The translations under genes and the position numbers were made by a program. A stretch of DNA of 64,000 nucleotides, from the NCBI GenBank assembly GCA_015232575.1, contig JADFZL010000004.1, positions 14,381 to 78,380 on the forward strand, in the 5' to 3' direction. This document shows, piece by piece, positions 9,549 to 17,543 of the stretch; the stretch's first letter is position 1, and every line of letters begins with the position of its first letter. This stretch comes from Candidatus Rifleibacteriota bacterium (lineage in GTDB: Bacteria > Muiribacteriota > Ozemobacteria > Ozemobacterales > Ozemobacteraceae). The notes beneath the pieces were generated by a model. That model was not told the origin of the DNA. It worked only from the letters and a program-made list of their open reading frames with translations, and made no database searches.

Positions 9549-12527
9549 ATGTTTACTGATAAGCTTAGTCTTGAAAATCTTTCATTTCCTTCTGAAAAAA
9601 TTGCTATTACATGGCATTCTGGAGAAGGTGTCTGGAAAGACATTACTTATGGTGAATTCCGAACTCAGGTTGACAAGATGTCTGCTTTGCTTCGTGAAAA
9701 AGGCATTGGTCGGAAAAATTCAGTAATATTCCTTGGTGAGAACCATCCTTTCTGGCTCCAGGCTTTTTTTGCACATATTAAGAATTCATCTGTCGTTATT
9801 CCGGTAGATGGTTCTGTTACCGACGAGAGACTGCTTGATATAGTAGCTCTTTCCGGAGCATCTGGAATTTTTGCAAGCCCGCTGCAACAGGCAAGACTCG
9901 AAAAAATCTGGAACAGGTTTCCGGAAAAATTTGCTATTTTCAGAAATGAACTGGAACCATGGCTTGAAAAAAATGGAAAAGCCGTTGAGCCGGCTAGTGT
10001 GCCCGATGGAACAGCGGCGATATTTTTCACTTCAGGTACAACCGGGCAGCCCAAGGGAATAGTTCTTTCAGAAAAAGCTCTGGCTGCATCAATTGTAATA
10101 GGTACAGGACTTGGAAATATTGGTTCTTCTGATATCATGTTGACTTTACTTCCGTTTACTCACGTATACGGAATGGTCGATGCCGGATTTGTTCCGCTTG
10201 CAACTGGTGCAAGAAACATTCTGATGTCTTCCTTTAATCCGATGGAAGTTTTTCAGGTGATTTCAAAATTCAGAGTGAATTTCTTAAATGTGGTTCCAAG
10301 ACTTGCTGAAGTTATTCTTGCCGTTCTCACGCAGAGTGACAGTAAATTAGCAGGCTTGAACCTTTTTGTTGGCGGTGCATCATGTAAGCCAGATGTAATA
10401 CGAATGCTTCGAAAGCGTGGCATAAAGACTTCCTTCGGGTTTGGAATGACCGAAACCGCGGGTGGAATACTCGCCAATGAAGGAGAACCGGCTGAATCGG
10501 TCGGAATTCCTCCGGAGGACATCGAAATAAAAATCGACAACCAGAGCGATGGATTTGGTGAAATACTTATTAAATCACCAACAATGCTGACCTGCGTTCT
10601 TAACAACGAGGAAGAAACAAAAAAAATCTTTCATAATGGCTTTTTGAAAACCGGTGATCTTGGAATGATTGATTCAAACGGTTATGTTCACATTAAAGGA
10701 CGCCTGAAAGACGTAATTGTATGCGGCGGCGGAATGAATGTATATCCCGATGAGCTTGAGGCAAGGCTTGAATTGTCACCATTCGTTGAGGAATATTCCG
10801 TGACGGTTATGAAAGAGGACGGTTATGAATTTCCAATGCTTGTTGTTAAGCCGCGTGCAGCCTTTTTTAAAGATAGACCAACTCTGGACATTCAGGAATA
10901 TATTTCAGAGCAGGTAAAAAAACAGATTTCAAGATGGGCTGAATGGGAAAGATTCAGAAAGATTATGATTTCTGAGAAGCCTCTTCCAAGGTCTTTCAAC
11001 CAGAAAGTCCAGAGACACGTTCTTTCAGCAATGTTTTCCCGAGACAATGAAGAAATTGCACTTTCTGAAAATAAACAAAAAACGGCTTCAGATAACAGTT
11101 CTTTAAATAAATATTTTGAAAAAACTGTGAAATTCCTTGCGCATTTCCTTTCCAAAAAACATGAGCAAGCGTTTTTGAAAGCATCCCTTAACGATTTCCC
11201 CCAACTGGACTCTCTCGGAAAAATAGCTTTGCTTGCCGCTTTTGAAAACCGCTTCAAGATCAGAATACCTGGAATTCAGATTGAAAATGAAAGCAGTATT
11301 GAAAATACAGCGTTTCTTCTTTCTAAATATCTCGAAAACAATGCTGGAACTTCAGCCGTTGAAACAGATAAAGATGTAAACTTTCTTCCGCCGGAAAGAG
11401 ATAATTCAAAAGATGCCGTTTCGGCAAGGCTTGATTTCCTGAAAGACTTATCTGGTGATGAACTTGAAGAATTTTCGCCGCCGGTTGCTGCATCGCATCT
11501 GACCGGAAACATCGAAGGTTTTATCGGTTATGCACAGATCCCAACGGGAATTGCCGGACCATTGCTTGTAAATGGAGACCATGCGAAAGGTGAATTTTAC
11601 CTTCCTCTTTCCACGACAGAAGGCGCACTTGTTTCATCAGTTTCAAGAGGCGCAAAATTGCTTACTTCAGCCGGAGGAGTAAACGTAAAAATCATTTCTG
11701 ATGGAGTCATACGGTCTCCTATTTTTATGTTCAACTCGTTGGGTGATATGATCAAATTTAAAGAATGGTTCGAAAATTCTTTAGATAAAATTAAATCTGT
11801 GGCAGCAAGTACTACACGCCACGGACGGCTGAAGGAAGTAGAAATGCTTCCGCTTGGGACTTCGCTTGCAATTAGAATGGTGTATTACAGCGGAGATGCT
11901 TCGGGACAGAACATGTGTACTATTGCGACTCAGAAAGTACTTGACTATGTTGCAGCAGAATATAAAGGTCCAATGACCGACTTATTTCTTGAATGCAATA
12001 TTTCAGGTGACAAAAAGATTAATGCGTTTAATTTTATCCGGGGTCGCGGAAAGAAAGTCATTGCTGAGGCGCGTATTCCGGGAATACATATCGAAGATAT
12101 ACTTCACACAACACCTGAAAGAATGGTTAAAAACTGGGAAATGTCCGTTCTTGGAAGTTTCCAGGCACACTCTTTCGGAATTCAGGCACACTATTCGAAC
12201 CTGTTGACCGCATTGTATCTGGCAACCGGCCAGGATGCAGCCTGCTCAGCAGAGTCGTCAGCCGGAATAACGCATCTTTCATTGTCAGGAAGCGATCTTA
12301 AAGCAAGTGTTACTGTCCCCGGAATAATGGTAGCCACGGTTGGAGGAGGGACACGCCTTGCCACTCAGCAGGCATGTCTGAGAATACTCGGGTGCACCGG
12401 AGAAGGAAAAGCAGGAAAGCTTGCAGAAATTACAGCAGCAGGAATACTTGCAGCCGAACTTTCACTGATTGGTGCAATGGCAGCCGGCGATTTCTCCAGT
12501 GCACATGCCAAATACGGAAGAAAGTAA
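9549..12527 (+). CDS. Fusion protein: adenylation (AMP-binding) domain - carrier (ACP/PCP-like) domain - class I HMG-CoA-reductase-like domain
   Basis: A domain: FTSGTTGQPKG, GFGMTE, KTGDLG, GRLKDVI...NVYPDELE, RSFNQKVQR. Carrier: QLDSLGKIALLAAFENRF (Ser555). HMGR: NIEGFIG, TTEGALV (E691), GDASGQNM, NISGDKK (K822), ATGQDAA (D896), TVGGGT, C-terminal AHAKYGR (H986). Confidence 0.9.
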   Translation: MFTDKLSLENLSFPSEKIAITWHSGEGVWKDITYGEFRTQVDKMSALLREKGIGRKNSVIFLGENHPFWLQAFFAHIKNSSVVIPVDGSVTDERLLDIVALSGASGIFASPLQQARLEKIWNRFPEKFAIFRNELEPWLEKNGKAVEPASVPDGTAAIFFTSGTTGQPKGIVLSEKALAASIVIGTGLGNIGSSDIMLTLLPFTHVYGMVDAGFVPLATGARNILMSSFNPMEVFQVISKFRVNFLNVVPRLAEVILAVLTQSDSKLAGLNLFVGGASCKPDVIRMLRKRGIKTSFGFGMTETAGGILANEGEPAESVGIPPEDIEIKIDNQSDGFGEILIKSPTMLTCVLNNEEETKKIFHNGFLKTGDLGMIDSNGYVHIKGRLKDVIVCGGGMNVYPDELEARLELSPFVEEYSVTVMKEDGYEFPMLVVKPRAAFFKDRPTLDIQEYISEQVKKQISRWAEWERFRKIMISEKPLPRSFNQKVQRHVLSAMFSRDNEEIALSENKQKTASDNSSLNKYFEKTVKFLAHFLSKKHEQAFLKASLNDFPQLDSLGKIALLAAFENRFKIRIPGIQIENESSIENTAFLLSKYLENNAGTSAVETDKDVNFLPPERDNSKDAVSARLDFLKDLSGDELEEFSPPVAASHLTGNIEGFIGYAQIPTGIAGPLLVNGDHAKGEFYLPLSTTEGALVSSVSRGAKLLTSAGGVNVKIISDGVIRSPIFMFNSLGDMIKFKEWFENSLDKIKSVAASTTRHGRLKEVEMLPLGTSLAIRMVYYSGDASGQNMCTIATQKVLDYVAAEYKGPMTDLFLECNISGDKKINAFNFIRGRGKKVIAEARIPGIHIEDILHTTPERMVKNWEMSVLGSFQAHSFGIQAHYSNLLTALYLATGQDAACSAESSAGITHLSLSGSDLKASVTVPGIMVATVGGGTRLATQQACLRILGCTGEGKAGKLAEITAAGILAAELSLIGAMAAGDFSSAHAKYGRK

Positions 12528-12530
12528 AGT

Positions 12531-13289
12531 ATGAAAGTCATATTCGTTACCTCAAGTGTTACTTATGTGAAAGATAATTATCTTTCACTTTTCAACAAAC
12601 TCTTCACCGGACTTGAAAAACTGCCTGATGTACATCCTGTTGCACTCGGAGTCCTTCAGGTGCCAAAACCGTACCTTTTGAAAAATATTTTCGGCCTAAT
12701 TGCACTTGGCGCCCCTGACGTAGGTCTTACGCTTATGCGCAATCTGGCTTCTTCATGTGTGAATGATCCGAGAATACAGCTGGCATCTGCGCGCGGAATG
12801 AAAGTCCTCAAACCGGGAAATGTAAATTCTCCAGATTCGTTGAAGGAAATCGCAGCGCTTTCTCCTGATCTGATTGTAAATATCCGAACCAGAAACATAT
12901 ATCGCGATGAAATTCTGAAACTCCCTAAAATAGCATGTATAAACATTCACCACGGACTTCTTCCTGATCACCGCGGTACCATGTGCGATTTGTGGGCCTG
13001 GGTTGAGGGACGCCCTGTCGGATTTACAATTCACAAAATGAATGCAAAGATCGATGACGGCGAGATTCTTTACCGAAAGGAAATTCCGGTGAAGAACGTG
13101 AAATCATATATCGAAATACCATTTATCTCGAGTCAGTACGAGGCGGATGGTCTTTTAATGTGCATCGAAAAGTTTTTACAAAATAGCAACTGGAAGGGTT
13201 TTCCAAACTCAAAATCAGGAGTTCCGCATACCAGAAATCCGTCTTTTTCAAAAATTAGTGAATGGCGAAAGATGGGACTGAAACTGTAA
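12531..13289 (+). CDS. N10-formyl-THF-dependent formyltransferase family protein (N-terminal domain only)
   Basis: PDLIV, INIHHGLLPDHRG and GFTIHKMNAKIDDGEI motifs. It lacks the C-terminal tRNA-binding domain of Fmt and starts 3 nt after the fusion gene stop. Confidence 0.85.
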   Translation: MKVIFVTSSVTYVKDNYLSLFNKLFTGLEKLPDVHPVALGVLQVPKPYLLKNIFGLIALGAPDVGLTLMRNLASSCVNDPRIQLASARGMKVLKPGNVNSPDSLKEIAALSPDLIVNIRTRNIYRDEILKLPKIACINIHHGLLPDHRGTMCDLWAWVEGRPVGFTIHKMNAKIDDGEILYRKEIPVKNVKSYIEIPFISSQYEADGLLMCIEKFLQNSNWKGFPNSKSGVPHTRNPSFSKISEWRKMGLKL

Positions 13290-13304
13290 TTATAGGAGAA
13301 AAAA

Positions 13305-14156
13305 ATGACTGTACCTAAAGTAAAAACCAGCGATCTTAAGCTTGGAAATATACGTGTGGAATATCTTGATATTGGCGAAGGCAAACCTGTTTTTTTCCTT
13401 CACGGTAATCCCGGAATGAAGGAAGAATGGGAAGCTCTTTCTGTTGCTTTGGCTCAGGAAGGTTTCAGAAGCGTAGTTCCAGATAGAATCGGGCATGGAA
13501 AATCAGATCCGATCCTTTTCAGCACTGATGATCCGGAGAGAACAACAGATATTTACCATGAATTGATAAAGAAAACCTGTTCCGGACAGGCATATCTCGT
13601 TGGATACTCTTTTGGCTGCTTTCTGGCACTCCGAATTGCAGAAAAATATCCCAAGGCAGTTTCAGGGCTGGGGCTCATAGCCCCATTCATTTTTCCAAGA
13701 GATCTGCAGGAAAAACCATCTTCCATGCCCAAACTGGCAAAAATTCCAGTAATTGGTGATCTTTTAGGATTGCTTGTACCATTTCTGGCAAAAGGAAAAA
13801 TGAAAGAACACATTGAACGCGTCTTCCAGCCACAAAAGCCTGGAGAAGATATAATGAGGAAGTCGCTTGAGCAATATTCAACATTCAAGTCCGTCATCGC
13901 CGCGATGAACGATAAAAACGAAATGATTGCTGCAAACCAGGAATTGATTGCACAGCTTCCATCAATAAAAAAGCGTGTAATAGTTATCGGTGGCAGCAAT
14001 GATGCAGTATGTGGGTCAGATGAACACATAAACCGAATTGCAGAATCAATAAGCGGTGCTGAAAAACGAATCATTCAAAACGGCGGACATGGAATAATCT
14101 TTTCTCATGTACGAGAAATATCTGAAATGATTGCATCTCACATAAAAAAGGACTGA
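13305..14156 (+). CDS. Alpha/beta-fold serine hydrolase (esterase/thioesterase-like)
   Basis: HGNPG oxyanion motif, DRIGHGKS, nucleophile elbow GYSFG, acid GSNDAV, catalytic His GGHG. AGGAG RBS; 15 nt after the formyltransferase. Confidence 0.88.
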   Translation: MTVPKVKTSDLKLGNIRVEYLDIGEGKPVFFLHGNPGMKEEWEALSVALAQEGFRSVVPDRIGHGKSDPILFSTDDPERTTDIYHELIKKTCSGQAYLVGYSFGCFLALRIAEKYPKAVSGLGLIAPFIFPRDLQEKPSSMPKLAKIPVIGDLLGLLVPFLAKGKMKEHIERVFQPQKPGEDIMRKSLEQYSTFKSVIAAMNDKNEMIAANQELIAQLPSIKKRVIVIGGSNDAVCGSDEHINRIAESISGAEKRIIQNGGHGIIFSHVREISEMIASHIKKD

Positions 14157-14250
14157 ATATCTGATATTGATACTGCGATTTTTATCCCCTGCCAGGTTTT
14201 TCAGTATTACAGACATGCGAATCGATAAGAATTAATGTTGTTTCGTTATA

Positions 14251-14310
14251 ATAAAAATACCTGCCCCCTTTCTCTGGCTTTATGCTGGAAGAGGGGGCAG
14301 GTATTTTTAT
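14251..14310. terminator. Bidirectional rho-independent terminator between convergent genes
   Basis: Perfect 19-bp inverted repeat ataaaaatacctgccccct / agggggcaggtatttttat, with A/T tracts on both sides. Confidence 0.85.
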
Positions 14311-14338
14311 TGATCAATGATTTGTTTGCTGGAGGCTT

Positions 14339-15631
14339 TTAATTCGAAACTATGAGGTCTAACAGAGAAATATAGCGCGATGCGATCCAGGAACTTTCCT
14401 GGATTGATTGAAATTCAAGGATTGGTCTTATTGTTAGAAGAATTTCGCGCCATTTTCTTTGTTCTTCAACTGGCTTGATTCTGAGAAACTGCAGAAGTTT
14501 GTGAATAGTTCTGTATTCATCCTTCTTTGTTTCTTTTGCTATGTTTTCACGCAGCCAGTACAATAGATCTTCATAGTAAACACTGCCTTCTTTGAGGCAT
14601 CTGTTGATTCTTTTGAATTTTATTATTACGTATTTTGAATGCAGGTATTTTAAACCAACATTTACGCTGATTGCCGCTGTCCTTGATACAATAACACCAA
14701 GCAACGCACCCATTGCCACATTTCCAATTACTGGAATTGGCAATGTTGCCATTGCAACAGATGAAATAACTGCGCCCTGGGTGGCCGAGGTTACAATAAA
14801 GCAGGCAAAACTTATTCCCAGCTTTATCGAAAAGTCTAATACCTCATCAATGGAAATATTTCCTAAGAGTCTTTCTCTGCTTATAGTACCTGTTTCAATT
14901 ATTTCGTCCACAGAGCTGGATGTTGCTTTGCCGGTAACCAGTTTGATGCATTTTGGAAAAAGTTTTTTTATCAAATTCTGAATCGGTTGCAGCTGAATAG
15001 ACTGTAAAAACATGTCAGCAGAATAATAAGTCAGTGCACTTATGCTGAGGTTTATGCCGGCAAGGCTTGCGGTCTTAATAGCCTCGCCAATGTCCACTTC
15101 AAGGTTGAGTTTAAAATTCAGTCTGCTGGATTTACTGTCAACTGGTTCAAGCGAAGGAGAATACTTTACGAAACCGCGAAAGTCCTTTCTTGGCGGCAGG
15201 GGAAAATCCTGTGAAAGATATTTTTCAGCTTTTTTGGAAAGTCCTTTTCCTGAAAAAACCTTGTACCCAACTATAACAAAATCCATTTTTTTATAGCCGG
15301 GTCTGAAAGACGATGAAGCAACAAAAGCATGAAAATTGCCCATGGAAGACATACTCAAAGTCTGGGCAACTTTTTTGATGGTCAATTCTATTATCAGACC
15401 TGTTTTGTGCAGAACGGTTTTAATCTTTGAAGAAGAATAATCAAGCTCAATCGGAGTAATATCGTCATTTGCTATTGCGGATTCTTCTTCGGTAAGCGCT
15501 TCATTAAAGTCAATTGTCTGCGCTGAAATAATAGAAGCATGGGAAAACATTGTACAGACAAAAAGGATGACAATGAAGAAAAATCTGCCACTTATGCGAA
15601 TATTCCGGTTTACAATTTCACTTGTTTTCAT
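14339..15631 (-). CDS. Secreted/membrane hypothetical protein with a long hydrophobic helical hairpin
   Basis: Signal-like N-terminus (FFFIVILFVCTMFSHA) and an internal hydrophobic region LGISFACFIV...LPIPVIGNVAMGALLGVIV. No recognisable family. Confidence 0.65.
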   Translation of the reverse strand: MKTSEIVNRNIRISGRFFFIVILFVCTMFSHASIISAQTIDFNEALTEEESAIANDDITPIELDYSSSKIKTVLHKTGLIIELTIKKVAQTLSMSSMGNFHAFVASSSFRPGYKKMDFVIVGYKVFSGKGLSKKAEKYLSQDFPLPPRKDFRGFVKYSPSLEPVDSKSSRLNFKLNLEVDIGEAIKTASLAGINLSISALTYYSADMFLQSIQLQPIQNLIKKLFPKCIKLVTGKATSSSVDEIIETGTISRERLLGNISIDEVLDFSIKLGISFACFIVTSATQGAVISSVAMATLPIPVIGNVAMGALLGVIVSRTAAISVNVGLKYLHSKYVIIKFKRINRCLKEGSVYYEDLLYWLRENIAKETKKDEYRTIHKLLQFLRIKPVEEQRKWREILLTIRPILEFQSIQESSWIASRYISLLDLIVSN

Positions 15632-15673
15632 GAATGTTTTTCCTTATACGGGGCACATTCCAGTTATGAAAAT

Positions 15674-15710
15674 TATTGCTGATCTGTCGATTTAAGGCAG
15701 ATCAGCAATA
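15674..15710 (-). terminator. Hairpin between the glycine-zipper gene and the downstream gene (terminator or mRNA stabiliser)
   Basis: 13-bp stem tattgctgatctg / cagatcagcaata, followed by ATTTT on the minus strand. Confidence 0.55.
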
Positions 15711-15718
15711 TTGAAATA

Positions 15719-17305
15719 TTACTTCGATTCGGTTGTTTTTGCCTGGTTTTTCAGAGTATTGTAATTATCAGTAGCTTTCTGCAAATCTGCCTGCATTTTC
15801 TTTGCACCTGCCTGGTCGCCCTGTTCAACAAGTCTGTTGTAATTAAGATAAGTTTCATAATACTTTCGTTCTGCATCCCGTAAAGTGCCTATAACCGGCG
15901 TTGTTCCGCGAGGGATGTCAGTTGATACCGGCGTCATTCCACCCTGCCAGGTTCCCGGACCATAAATTCCAAGGTTTTGTCCCTGACCAATGCTTATTGC
16001 CTGAGGATTTTCGTTGATAAAACTGTTTCCGGTTCCAACCATCGAACCTCTGTGAAATACAACATCAGATATCCATTTTGCAACTTTTCCACCGATGATA
16101 CCGCCAACGATACCTCCGATGATCGGCCCAAGTATTGGAATTGGTGCGCCAATTGCCATACCTATCGTCGAACCGATTGAAGAACCTGCCAGATCAATAT
16201 AGTCAACCGATTTGATTGCTTTTACAAGGTCAAATCTGTTTCCCTTTGCGTCAGCACCAAGCGAAGCTCCGATTTGTGAACCACCCATACTTGTAAATAC
16301 CGGAATAAATGCACCAACCATGGCTCCGATGGGTCCCGGGATGAAAGTCTTAACAACACTTGACACAACCTGACCACCTGCTGCGCCCAGAGCACCACCA
16401 ACGACTGAACCGGCGAATTCAATTGTTGCTACCTGTCTTGCTGCCTGCTGCAAAGATGGACGCTGTCCATTGATCATCTGCAGAGCCAGGTTTGTTCCAA
16501 CTGCAACAGTTGTAGTAACTGCAAGATTTGAAAGTGAAAAACTATTTTTTAACGATTGTCCTGCGTTTGCTACACCTTCATCAAGGCCCTTGCTGAGTTT
16601 TCCGCTGAAATTATCAGCATATTGAGGCGTTTCTGCCTCCATCATCATGTAGCCTTCAGTGTCTTTCTTTACCTGTTTGCCTTTTGAAAGGCTGGAGTTG
16701 CTGTCGTCTTTCTTCATTAACCCGACTTTTTGAGCAACTGAAGCAATCTTTGCACGAATAACACTGATAATGCGCTGAAGAGTAGATTTAATAGCATCAA
16801 TAATTGATTTAAGTTTCGATACTGCAACATTGCCGGCGCCATCCATGGGCATTTTGCCTGATTCAATTCCAAGTTTATTCAGACCAAGTCCGAGTTCTCC
16901 CTCGAAAGTCATATCAGGGGTAACGCCATTTGCGGCATTCCATTGACCGACCTGAGATTTGTAATTCTGTACACCACCATCAAGAGTGCTTTTTGCATTT
17001 CCCAGAATTGCTTTAATTCTCTGGCTTATGTTCATTGTATCCATATTTGATGGAGCAACTTGATTGTACAAAGGACGCGCTACGTCGTCAATCTGTGCCA
17101 GAGCTCTTTCAATGGATGTAAGATTGTGTGATAAAGTATTAACGTGTGGAAGCGACGACAGATCAATCTGGCTTCCTGCTTGAGATTGAGTTTGAAATTT
17201 CGACGAAACGCTGTATGCATCCTGTGCATGAACAGCAAACGTTGAAATGACAAACATGATCAGAGTCAGAATTGTTATTTTTTTTGAAATATTTCTGCTA
17301 AACAT
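15719..17305 (-). CDS. Secreted glycine-zipper protein (start re-assigned to MFSRNISKK at 17305; ORF track starts 17329)
   Basis: Signal peptide ending AVHA-QD. Two repeats of GxxxGxxxG-rich hydrophobic segments (GSVVGGALGAAGG; GSSIGSTIGMAIGAPIPILGPIIGGIVGGIIGG). C-terminal coiled coil. Confidence 0.75.
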   Translation of the reverse strand: MFSRNISKKITILTLIMFVISTFAVHAQDAYSVSSKFQTQSQAGSQIDLSSLPHVNTLSHNLTSIERALAQIDDVARPLYNQVAPSNMDTMNISQRIKAILGNAKSTLDGGVQNYKSQVGQWNAANGVTPDMTFEGELGLGLNKLGIESGKMPMDGAGNVAVSKLKSIIDAIKSTLQRIISVIRAKIASVAQKVGLMKKDDSNSSLSKGKQVKKDTEGYMMMEAETPQYADNFSGKLSKGLDEGVANAGQSLKNSFSLSNLAVTTTVAVGTNLALQMINGQRPSLQQAARQVATIEFAGSVVGGALGAAGGQVVSSVVKTFIPGPIGAMVGAFIPVFTSMGGSQIGASLGADAKGNRFDLVKAIKSVDYIDLAGSSIGSTIGMAIGAPIPILGPIIGGIVGGIIGGKVAKWISDVVFHRGSMVGTGNSFINENPQAISIGQGQNLGIYGPGTWQGGMTPVSTDIPRGTTPVIGTLRDAERKYYETYLNYNRLVEQGDQAGAKKMQADLQKATDNYNTLKNQAKTTESK

Positions 17306-17543
17306 TTTCCCTACCCCCGTACAATTCATCTTTTCCCAAAACTTAGCTTGTATGAAGCAACCCTATACTTTTCAATTATATGAGTTGAAACGAAACTCGT
17401 CAATTGATTTGTTTATATTTCTTCACTTTTAAAATAATCCTGAACCATAAGAATATTTCTCATTGAAAAAACTGGTCAGTTGTATTAATGTTAATGGTTT
17501 TCAAAATTCTGTTATAGATAACAAATAATTCAAGGAGACATGT

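Noticed and set aside
11400..12527. Calling the fusion a housekeeping mevalonate-pathway HMG-CoA reductase (hmgA/mvaA)
   Set aside because: It is fused to A and carrier domains and no other mevalonate genes are in the window, so I withheld the gene symbol.
12531..13289. Methionyl-tRNA formyltransferase (fmt) or purN
   Set aside because: It lacks the Fmt C-terminal domain and the N-terminal FMGTP/SGxGSN motifs, and the context is not def/fmt or pur.
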